A stretch of 64,000 nucleotides of DNA, from the NCBI GenBank assembly GCA_964016885.1, contig OZ024741.1:280116001-280180000 (forward strand), read 5' to 3'. Under the pieces are notes generated by a model. That model searched no databases. It saw only the letters and a program-made list of their open reading frames with translations, and was not told where the DNA came from. Numbering within the stretch: position 1 is the first letter of the stretch; every line of letters begins with the position of its first letter. Shown one piece after another: positions 1-10,249 of the stretch. Position numbers and translations under genes: made by a program. The stretch is from Eledone cirrhosa (Eukaryota).

Positions 1-318
1 GTTAAATATCCATTATTACCTGCAGCGACTACAACGCTATTACATAATAGGCTGTATACCCTTGATCTTAAACCCTCAAGCAATTACCCCAAGATGTGAT
101 GTCACGCATCTGGAGGCCTGGGTTTCATATAAATATAATATACATACTCGAATGTAAAACATAATTAAAATTAAATAAAATACTAAGCTATTAAGGAAAA
201 ATAACCAAAACGACCAAAGACAAAGAATACAAGAAGTCTACTATTCCATATCCTATAAACCACAATAAGAATAAGGAAAATACCTATTTATATATATATA
301 TATATATACATATATATA

Positions 319-1203
319 CAGGGTGCGGACGATATTTGTTCGCAAGATTACTGTCTAGGAAAAAGTAACAAAGTATGTTTTAAGATTTATTTATCAAACT
401 TGGGTCAGTTTGTCTTCATGACTTGTTCTTTCGATCTCACTCGATAAACCCGCCATTGGCTTTGATGACGTTCTCAAGGCGGCCTCGGAACTGGCTACAG
501 GCCTTCGTCACTGTCCCCCGACTTAGGCCCCTAAAGGCACTTGTGATCCTGGCCTTCAGATCGTCTTTCGTATTGCAGCTAGATCTGTTGGTGTCTCATT
601 CCACTGCGCCCCACACAAAGAAGTCGAGGGGGTTGCAGTCAGGCGAGCTGGGAGGCCAGATGTCAGGTGAAGTGTGGTCGACGAAGTTCTCCGACAGCCA
701 GGCTAGGGTCTTTCGGCTGGTATGGCAGGGCGCTGAGTCTTGCTGCCACACGTACGGCCTACCTGCAGCTACCTGGTCGATCCAGGGCTTTACTACCTCA
801 CTCAGAACGCGGATGTAGCCATCGGTGTTCAGCTTGAAGCCCTCAGGGAAGAAGTGAGGTGGGTTGACATCACCTTGATTGCTGACGACACCTAAGACCA
901 ATGTTGTCGCTGGAAATTTTGTCTGCATGACTCTAGGCACGTCTTTGGATGAGACAGCGAGCCACCTGTTGTTCTGGGAGTTGATCTTCTGGTCTTATTT
1001 CTCCTCCCGGCGCGGATTCCAAGAAGAACTCCGTGTCTCTTCCACAAATTTGGAGGTTCAAAATTATTCATAATCAATTATTCTGAAAATAAATAATGGA
1101 AATATAGTCACTGTTTTTATGAAGACAAGAGTGACAACGGAAGTAAAAAAATTTGCATAAAATTAGCAGTTGAAAATTGCGAACAAATATCGTTCGCGCC
1201 CTG
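319..1203 (-). mobile_element. Internally deleted maT (DD37D) Tc1/mariner transposon
   Basis: TIRs CAGGGTGCGGACGATATTTGTTCGCAA / TTGCGAACAAATATCGTTCGCGCCCTG flanked by TA. ORF 596..940(-) has QQD..(37 aa)..PLD with WPPSSPDCNPLD. Premature stop, and the N-terminus is deleted. Confidence 0.9.
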
Positions 1204-1220
1204 TATATATATATATATAT

Positions 1221-1252
<32 letters not shown>

Positions 1253-1478
1253 TTTACGTCCGCTTTTCCCTGCTTGCAAGGGTGGGACGGGTCTTATTCA
1301 GCACAGCATCTCTCCACTCGTCACGGTCCCTCGTCATCTCCACCGTGAGCTTCAATGATCTGAGGTCTGTTCTCACCACCTCCGCCCATGTTTTTCGTGG
1401 TCTACCTCTACCACGTCTTCCTTCAACTGGCATTTCCTGGCACTTCTTCACCCATCGGTCATCCTCCATGCGCATCAC
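1221..1478 (-). mobile_element. RTE LINE family A, 3' fragment
   Basis: Near-identical to the 3' end of 15995-18689 (GRRGRGRPRKTW...REKRT). (CAT)n tail on +, flanked by TA. Confidence 0.92.
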
Positions 1479-1849
1479 ATATATTAGTGGAAGTAGAGGA
1501 TCAACTGAGTTTGGCAGTTTCGGTTAGAACTAGTTGAAACTGTTGGGCTCCTGGTAGCTCCTCTACTTCCATCAATACACCTACTCTGCATCTTACCATG
1601 TATTAAGTACTTCTTTGATTTGTGGTCTTCCCAGTCATAGTATTGCAGACTATATATATACATATATGTATATGTATATATATATATGTGTGTGTGTGTG
1701 TGTAGCAATATCCGTAGATGTGAAAAGGAAAAAGGAAAACTGCGCTCAATCAGGAAGAGTGCAGAAATATGTTATTTATAATTTTCATGCACGAAACAAG
1801 GGTAGCACTTTTGTTCCGTGTATGTACATTAATAAATAATATAATATAT

Positions 1850-1990
1850 ATGTTATCCATGAGCTTGGCTGGTCTTACTTGTTCCAGTTGGATCAATTCA
1901 GGACGGTTGCTTCTGACAGGACCCGCTGGAAGGAGTGTTTGAGGAATGTGCCCCCTCGACTCTCTCAGAAATAAGTGGGTGAAGAAGAAG
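1850..1990 (+). mobile_element. RTE-like LINE 3' fragment with (GAA)n tail
   Basis: Encodes ...VASDRTRWKECLRNVPPRLSQK*, then AATAAGTGGGTGAAGAAGAAG. A related reversed copy lies at ~29807-30052. Confidence 0.6.
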
Positions 1991-2000
1991 ATATATATAT

Positions 2001-2398
2001 AATGATATTAAATAAATGGAAACTATATTTATAAAACCATATTTATTCTATTATATATATTTCAAGGGTACCAAAACTTTGGTACGCTCTCATCAGATAA
2101 AATACAAAGTTTGTTTTATAAATATTAATATAACCAGGAAGAAGAATTGAACCGTTAAGTTCTTCTTCCTGGTTATATCAATATTTATAAAACAAACTTT
2201 GTATTTTATCTGATGAGAGCGTACCAAAGTTTTGGTACCCTTGAAATATATATAATAGAATAAATATAGTTTTATAAATATAGTTTCCATTTATTTAATA
2301 TCATTGAATATTATACTCCAGAAAATCTGTCGAGTGCTTTGAATCAGTTATAAACATTTATATTTGTTGAATTACCGACAAATTGAATATCCCTTTTG

Positions 2399-2400
<2 letters not shown>
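2001..2400 (+). mobile_element. Palindromic hammerhead-bearing element, family I (Penelope-like pLTR/retrozyme-type)
   Basis: ~145-bp inverted arms (2001-2145 / 2160-2305), each with a hammerhead. The tail ends CCCTTTTGCT at (TA)n. Confidence 0.8.
2202..2262 (+). ncRNA. Type I hammerhead ribozyme motif
   Basis: TATTTTAT-CTGATGA-GAGCGTACCA AAGTTT TGGTACCCTT-GAAA-TATATA-TA/ATAGAATA. Stem I is TATTTTAT:ATAGAATA. Mirror copy at 2044-2104(-). Confidence 0.82.
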
Positions 2401-2467
<67 letters not shown>

Positions 2468-2694
2468 TTATATATGTATATATATATGTATATGTATATA
2501 TATATTGATTTTTTATAGTTAAAATAAGGCTATAGGGGAAATATTCACTACTACCCCGTTGCTCTCATTACTCACTTAATGAAACAAAATTTAAACATTA
2601 ATTGTGCAAATCTGTATTCAGAGTGCTTACCAAAGGTTATTTGCAATAAGTGCAATTGCATATTTTTAGATCACCAATGAAATAAACTTTTTCC

Positions 2695-3358
2695 ATTTCC
2701 AAGAAGGTACCATAGAAGTAGTTAATAGTTTCTGTTACCTAGATGAGCTAATTGGCAGTGGTGGAGACTGCTGTGAAAGTATAGTACAGTCATGAGGCAA
2801 ACTACGGCCCGCAAGCCACATGTGGCCAGTTTGGTTTTCTGAATGGCACACCTAATTTCAATTGCCTTGAATTTTTTAGTATCAAGCATAACCTATGTGG
2901 TCCACTGCTTGAAAAGGGTTACCCATGCCTGGTATAGTAGCTAGAATAAGAGCAGGATAGAAGAAGTTCTAGGAGCTACTATCCCAGTTGACAACAAAGG
3001 CAGGTTATATGAGAAGCGCAATTAATGTTGCTTAATAGCTGGACATGTATCGTGAATGTAGAGGATATGCAATGATTGGAGAGATATGAAGTAAACATGT
3101 TTCTTTGAATGAGTAATGTTAATGAACATGAAGGATGAAGCACTGATTAGCTGAGAGAAAACTGGGTATAAAAGGAATACGAATCAGATGTATGGTGAAA
3201 GGAAGTTTCAGTTGAGGAAAACCAAGGGAGACATGGACAGAAGTGGTTAGAGCTGATCTCAAAATGCTGCATGTCAAAGAATAGATGGGGGCATGCTGTT
3301 CTGGAGAAGAACCATCCAACCCATGCAAGCATAGTAAAGCAGACATAAAACGATGATG
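2695..3358 (+). mobile_element. Old degenerate RTE 3' fragment
   Basis: Decayed IEVVNSFCYL..GGDC..RIRAG motifs, CCCATGCAAGCATAG stem-loop and GATGAT tail. Split by a hAT MITE. Confidence 0.75.
2787..2931. mobile_element. hAT-type MITE
   Basis: CAG...CTG ends with an exact 8-bp TSD GTATAGTA on both sides. Confidence 0.8.
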
Positions 3359-3542
3359 TTATATATTTATGTGTACGTACGAGTGTTTGTGTTTATAACC
3401 TAGCAGTTCAACAAAAAGAAATCCATAAAATAAGTACCAGACTTGAAAATTAAGTACAGAAGTCAATCATTGATATGATCAACTAAAGTCTCTCGAAGCT
3501 GGTGCCCCAGCAAAACCACAATCCAATGACTGAAAGCATTAA

Positions 3543-3762
3543 CCCTTTAGCATTTACATTACTCAATATTTACTATTGTATTTCTACAGTAAAGGCTTTA
3601 TCTCACATAATATCTCACACAATATCAAACCTATGAGATTTTGATATTATTTATTTTGAGAACAATACCTTAACATCAGTATGAGTGGCTGGTTACAGCC
3701 GGTTTGAACAGAAAGAGGTAAGAGAATTCTGGCCGGATACGACCGGTTTAAATGCTAAAGGG
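3543..3762. mobile_element. piggyBac-like MITE
   Basis: TIR CCCTTTAGCATTTA / TAAATGCTAAAGGG with TTAA on both sides. Inserted in an old SINE (~3400-3785). Confidence 0.85.
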
Positions 3763-4479
3763 TTAAAAAAGTAAAAGAACATAAGGTTATTTCTACCAAT
3801 TTGAACATAAATTATTTGTGTTTTCATTATGTGTTAATTTTAAAATGATTTAAACATTTGATGAGATTTTGTTACTGTCAGAGAGAAGAAAAAAATTGGT
3901 GAACAGTTTAGAATAATGTTTGTCATACTGTCAAATGCTTTGTTGTCATTCTTATGGCAAGTAGTTGATCTCTTCTTCGTGGACGTTCCCAACAATGAAA
4001 TTACTGGCTGCTGTGAAGAAAATAGCTACAAACTTGCCTGCTGCTTGCCAAACAAATGACTAGAATTTTGAATGAAGCCAAGCTTATTATTAAATTCTTT
4101 TTCCTGATAATGAATCTGACATAGTATAGAAATGTTGCATTAGCTTGTTGGATCAAAAATATCTATCAAAGATTTACAGAATGAACAAGAATGCATTTAA
4201 TCAAATAGAAAAGACGTATTTAAAGATTTAGTCAGAACCACCAACAAATGAAATATTTTTAAGATCGCAAGCTGTTGAAGTATTGGTCACTTTCTGATAG
4301 GTTTGTCGATGACCCTATAACAGTGAAGACTTCTGGTATTCTGGGTCCTCGAACCACCTCCCTATTTGCTGCTATCAAAACAAAGCTGGTCACCTGCAGC
4401 AATGAGCCCTGCATGTTGGAATGGCTCTTTCAGTGCATCTCCTCTGCTATCCTCTGGAGTAACACTTTTTCTATTCTGT

Positions 4480-5300
4480 TGACTAAGACCATGAAGTGGC
4501 ATATATGTGGGGTTGTGTACATCAGAGAGCCAGAGCAGACAAGCCATCCATTGACTGGTTTGTGCTGTTGCCATTGGCTACGACATACACGCATACATTA
4601 GCTGACCTTTAGAAAAATTGAGCTAAACTTTTTGTTCTAATGCAATATTTTCCAAAATGTATTCCATATGGAGAGTAACACTTATCTTCATGAATCTAAT
4701 ATACCACCACCCTTAGATTTGACTGTTTCACCTGTTGCCCTTACTAAAATAAACTAACTAATCTTAACTTGAGGATTCTTGAAACCATTAAATTAACCAT
4801 TAAATCCCCAAACACTAAATTTTAGGGCTAGAGAGAAAGTTAACACAGCTGCAGTCCTGGAAAGAAAGGATTGAGCAATATGCTTAAAGCAAGGATTTTT
4901 TGGCATAAGACAAATTAGGAGTGACAAAATGAGAAAGGATGAATAAATCAGGTGAGCTGATAATGGTATGCTGGGGCTAGAGGTTGTAGTGTGTTTATGA
5001 GTGAAATTTTTCCAATCAGCAAGATGACCTTTTGGGTGAAGGTACAATCTCCAATGTTTGTGTGTGGAAAAAAGCATCAGAACCAACTTATGTGTGCTAT
5101 GTGGGTTATACTTCAGTTTTGTAGAGATTTCCTGATGAAAACACCTTGAAATATAGTTTTGTCATTGTTTTAAATGTCTAGTCACCTTTAAAAAAACACC
5201 AAAACTTAGTGGGTTGCTTTGTAGAGATTTCCTGATGAAAATACCTAGTATTAGAGATATAATTTTTTGTCATTGTGTTAAATGTGTGGTTACCTTAAAA
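4480..5300 (+). pseudogene. Possible heavily decayed Penelope-like GIY-YIG endonuclease C-terminus with pLTR remnant
   Basis: Fragments CGVVYIRE and LRILETIK..PTLN (needs a frameshift), then a ~100-bp tandem duplication carrying CTGATGA...GAAA/GAGA motifs (~5132, ~5232). Confidence 0.3.
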
Positions 5301-5842
5301 TTGTTTATATACTTATATCCAGATCTCCTTAGAGTCTCTTGCTAATAGCTACATAATATTTGTGTTATAAGTCAGTCCTGTTTGGGGGTGTAGGGTGTTA
5401 CTTCTGTGAGGACCTTCTCCTGTCCAGCTCTCCTTGCTGGTAGCTACATAATAGCAGGGCCGTAAATCAGTCTTGTTTGTAGCAAATGTAAATCTTTATT
5501 ATAGACACAGGGCAGTAGATTAGCAGAATCATTAAAGCATTGGGGAAAATGCGTTGCAATATTTAGTTCAAATCACCCGCCCACCAAAGATCAACTTTGC
5601 CATTCATCCTACTGGGGTCAATAAAATAAAGCACCAGTCAAATACTGGGATCAATTTAATCAACTACCTCCTCCCCAAATTGTTGACTTTGTGCCCCAAT
5701 TGAAAATTGTTGGTGTTATAGACACTAAATATGCTTTCACATAAAGAAATTCTTTGGATAATATAGTGTTTTCTCTATCTACTGCTCTCTTTCTTTCTAT
5801 CTCTCTTTTTACTTTCCTTTCCCTTATTCTTGTATTTTTTTA

Positions 5843-6470
5843 CCTTTCTATCTCTCTACCTTCCTACCTCTCTACCTTGCTACCTCTCTACCTTCCTGTC
5901 TCCCTACCTCTCTACCTTCCTCTCTCCCTACCTTGCTACCTCTCTACCTTCCTATCTCTCTACTTTCTTATTTCTCTACCTTCCTATCTCTCTACCTTCC
6001 TATTTCTCTACCTTCCTGTCTCTCTACCTTCCTACCTTCATATCTCTACCTTCCTGTCTCCCTACCTTCCTACCTCTCTACCTTCCTCTCTCCCTACCTT
6101 CCTACCTCTCTACCTTCCTCTCTCCCTACCTTCCTACCTCTCTACCTTCCTATCTCTCTACCTTCCTACCTTCATATCTCTACCTTGCTACCTCTCTACC
6201 ATCCTGTTTCTCTACCTTCCTGTCTCCCTACCTCTCTACCTTCCTATCTCACTACCTTCCTATCTCTATCTTGCTACCTCTCTACCTTCCTATCTCTACC
6301 TTGCTACCTCTCTATCTTCCTATCTCTACCTTGCTACCTCTCTACCTTCCTGTCTCTCTACCTTGCTACCTCTTTACCTTCCTGTCTCCCTACCTTCCTG
6401 TCTCCCTACCTTCCTACCTCCCTACCTTCCTGTCTCTCTACCTTCCTACCTCCCTACTTTCCTGTCTCTC
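5843..6470. repeat. Pyrimidine-rich compound minisatellite (CTCTCTACCTTC / CCTACCTT-like units)
   Basis: Directly visible. It explains the low-complexity ORFs at 5754-6603. Confidence 0.95.
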
Positions 6471-6506
6471 CACCATTCTATCCCTTGCTTCCTACATTTC
6501 TTTCAT

Positions 6507-6696
6507 GGTGGATTGGCAGTATCCGTATAGGGTCAGACGCCATGCTTTGACGCAAAGAGTTACGGGCCTTTGCCATTCTGAGTTCAAATCCCGCCGAGGT
6601 TAACTTTGCCTTTCATCCTTACGGGGGTCGATAAAATAAAGTACCAGTAATGCACTGGGAAATTGCTGGCCTTGTGCCAAAAGTAGAAACAATTAT
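6507..6696 (+). mobile_element. tRNA-derived SINE with Meta-like core (young subfamily)
   Basis: GGTGGATTGGCAGTATC..GAGTTCAAATCCCGCCGAGGT..TTTGCCTTTCATCCTTACGGGGTCGATAAA..AGTACCAG..AACAATTAT. Similar copies at ~21760, 24250, 26499, 31241, 33693, 37427 (+) and 43425, 48200, 56139 (-), plus many older copies. Confidence 0.85.
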
Positions 6697-7044
6697 AACT
6701 CTTCCTATATTTTAGTTTACTGTGTATCTATTTTCCTATTTCTCTCTCTCTGTCCTCTTGTCTGTTTTTTATTTTATATTTTTACTTTCACTTTTTTTTA
6801 TTTCCTGTTGTTGTTTTTTCTATCTTCATATATTTTCCTCTATTTCCTTATTCAATTTCTCTTTCTGTATTATTCCTACCTCACCTCTCTCACACCATTT
6901 CTCTCTCCTTGTCTTTTTTGTATGGTTCATTTTTTGGGAAGGGGGTTCGCTCAGCCACTATATCCCAGCATACTTGTTTATTCCATTCTCTCTCTCTCGT
7001 ACTCTCACACTCTCTCTGGCCGTCTCTCTCCCTCTTTCTCTCAT

Positions 7045-8554
7045 ATCATCATCATCATCATCATCATCAACGTTTAACGTCCGTGTTCCACGCTTGCATG
7101 GGTTTGGACGGGGGTTTTCCCACTTGAGGCAAGAGTGATTATCTTGCTCGCATAGGACTATCTGGCGGGTTTTCTACAGCTGGATGCCCTTCCTAACACC
7201 AACCACATTTACAGTGTGGGGCTGGGAGGTTTTTACCGTGATGCCTACACGGCCACATTACAGCGTGGACTGTCTGGCGGGTTTTCTACAGCTGGATGCC
7301 CTTCCTAACACCAACCACATTTACAGTGTGGGGCTGGGAGGTTTTTACCGTGTTGCCTACACGGCCACATTACAGCGTGAACTGTGTGTTTTTTTACGTG
7401 ACACCTACACGATCTCATTTGTTTCGGCCTGGATGTTGTGGCACCAACATAACTTTACATTGAAAGGGGCGGTGTGGATGGGGTGGGGGTGGTGGGACGG
7501 GGGTGTATTTTGTTAAAGATGCCTACTGACTGTAGTAGGTTTTACTTTGTATTTAGGTAAGGCGGGTCTTCTCTATTACTGAGTACCGCCAAAGGTCTCG
7601 GTCCAGTGACATTGTCTTGGTGAGGTGTAAGTGTGTGAGGTCGGAATTTATCAGCTCGTCCCAGGTTTTTCTGGGTCTGCCTATTCCGTGGCTACTGTCT
7701 ATCTTTATTGCCCTGCACTTTGTTATACAGCTATTGTCCTTCATGCGCATCACGTGACCATACCAACGTAGCCTTCTCTCGAGTAAACAACATCTGATCC
7801 CTCTTATTTCTAATTTTTTCCTTAGTTTGTTTATGATTTGCCGTTCACGTATATTACTATTACACATCCAGCGGAGCATGCAAGTTTCGTTTCTCACTAG
7901 TCTGCGTATATCCTCTGCACACAATGCCCAGGTCTCACTGCCATGCAACATTGCTGTTCGTATGCAGGCATCATACAACCTGCCTTTCATTTTTAGGGAG
8001 AACCCTTTAGCGGCTAATAGTGGTATAAGCTCTCTGAACTTTTTCCATCCAGTTCTGACTCTAGCTACTGTACTTTCAGAGCACCCTCCCCCACTGCTGA
8101 TTTTGTCACCCAGGTAACGGAAGCTGTCCACTATTTCTATAGAACCCTCTGCGCAGTTGAAAGAGCTAGTATTTTGTGGGCACTTCCTGCTACTTATTGC
8201 ACCAGAGCACCGGCCACATGTAAAATCTATGTTCTTAGTTAGCTTACCTGTGATCCCACTACATCTTTTATGCAGCGATACTTTGCATTTGGGACACAAA
8301 ATGGATTTTCTACCTACGCCTTTCCTACACACTGAGCATGGCCACTTCCCGGAAGGGACCGCCGCCTTATTTTCTTTCTTACAAACTAGAACTTTAGTCT
8401 TAGCCAGGTTAATTTTAAGGCCTTTTGATTCTAGGCCGTGCTTCCATGTTTGGAATTTCTTCTCTAGCTCGGCCATTGATTCAGCTATGAGTGTTAGGTC
8501 ATCTGCGTATAGGAGTTCCCATGGGCAACCGGTCTTGAACTCCTCTGTTATAGC
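7045..8554 (-). mobile_element. RTE LINE family B, 5'-truncated, with ~500-bp 3' UTR
   Basis: ORF 7553..8638 contains LLYADD, PHD-like Cys cluster, FRYLG and GRPRKTW. (CAT)n tail. Confidence 0.93.
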
Positions 8555-8564
8555 AAGATTCTTT

Positions 8565-8850
8565 ATCTGAAAACGTGTGTTGAAACCGATATTGTTATAC
8601 TTTGGGAGGGTCATGTTGCCAATAAGAAACACATGCACCAGTTGCTTTCACTCCAATTTATTATAAATTAAATTATAAATTTCCGGTTGGTTGGTTGGTT
8701 GGTTCCACAACCAGACGGTTGTTCATATATTGTCAAAGTTCTTTCGTCACACATTCTGTGACCTCTTCAGTGACTAGGGATTCTTTTCTTTGTTTTGTGC
8801 TTCTCCTTTGTTCTGTCCTACGCCATCTTGTTTTTGTGTGTGTTGTCTAT
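8565..8850 (-). mobile_element. Hammerhead-bearing element, family II
   Basis: Minus strand 8774->8732 reads GTCA-CTGAAGA-GGTCACA GAATG TGTGAC-GAAA-GAAC-TT/TGAC. Paralogs at ~34835-35070 and ~38015-38250. Confidence 0.75.
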
Positions 8851-9027
8851 ATATATATATATATAAATAGCGAGAAAAATTAGTGTCTGCAGTTCTGGTT
8901 ACATGCCAACACAGGAGCAAGAATAAGGGGCTCATTCTATTGACATAGCTTTTAAAATGAGGCTTGTTTGCATAATTGCAAACGAATCGAATATTAATAT
9001 TAATATTCGAAAAACTCAGATTACATT

Positions 9028-9066
<39 letters not shown>

Positions 9067-9616
9067 GATAGGGAGAAAAAGGCGATTATTAGGAAGAAAA
9101 ATTTTTTTTTTACCTTTTTATTTTTTTCTCTTTTTTCTGGGTTAGAAAATGTTTAAAACAAAATATTTTACTTTGTGTGAAGTGTCAAGGTATTAGTTAA
9201 TTTATTTATTTATTAATTAGCAATGTCATTTATTTATTTATTTATATATTTAATAATTGTCTATTACCGGTTTCAGCATTTTATGCATTATCAAAGGGGG
9301 AATTTGTATTGGTGTAAAATGTCGGTGATGTTGAACATGTTAAGGAAATGGTGAAGAAAGAATAATGTTATTTACAAACAAGGTTTTTGAAGTGAAAAGA
9401 AAAAAGAAAAAAAAGGGGGTAATGTGGAACATGATAACGTAATGGGAAAGAAAAAATAATATTATTTACAGGCATAGTTCTTGAAGATAAGCAGTTCAAA
9501 ATGTGTTATTATGGCAAGAGTGCTTAGTTGATCCATTGATCATGGATCAACTAAGCACTCTTGCCATAATATATATATTCCAACTCGTGTGCTCCTTCTC
9601 CACATTTTATTATTAT

Positions 9617-10230
9617 TAGATAGATACATTCATATAATGTCGCGCCCTTATAATATCTGTCTGTATGCCTGATGTCTGCATTACATCATTATGATGCGAT
9701 CAGTGTGTGTGTGTATATTCTTATGTCAGGGAACGTCTTCACGAACCAAAGTATCGTCTTCCTGTTTTCCAGATTGATTTTTTTAGTTTAAGAAGATCCC
9801 ATTAAGGTTGAAAGCAGCGATTCTTTGCTCAAACATTAATATGTTATTTTAATATAGATATTCGTATACAGATATTTTTGCATACACAAAAACAAAATAT
9901 AAACAAACAAGGCCAAAGATTACATCAGTTAGTCTTAGTGTACTTCATACTGCTTTTAGGTAGAATATCCCATTAAGGGTGAAAGCAGCAATTCATTTTC
10001 TGTGTTCACAGATTGATTTGTGAAAGCAGTGATTCTTTGCTTAAACTTTAATCTGTTATTTTAATATATATATATATATAATTATATATTCATGTACAGA
10101 TATTTTTGCATACACAATAACAAAATATAAACAAACGTATTTATTTCATGAGGCTCGATAAGGATAAATATATATCAAATATATAAGAATCCTAGAGCAA
10201 ATCCCAAGCAACGCCGTGCCATTCTGCTAG
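9617..10230 (+). mobile_element. Non-autonomous Helitron fragment
   Basis: 3' end CCCAAGCAACGCCGTG..CTGCTAG|T. Internal segment is shared with the Helitrons at 39724 and 45984. Contains family III hammerhead pieces. Confidence 0.65.
9785..9834 (+). ncRNA. Hammerhead-like motif, family III (degenerate copy)
   Basis: AGTTT-AAGAAGA-TCCCATTAAGGTT-GAAA-GCA GCGATTCTT TGC-TC/AAAC. Partial repeats follow at ~9960 and ~10020. Confidence 0.5.
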
Positions 10231-10249
10231 TATTATATATATATATATC

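Noticed and set aside
5754-6603. Three overlapping 205-258-aa ORFs
   Set aside because: Stop-free translations of a pyrimidine minisatellite.
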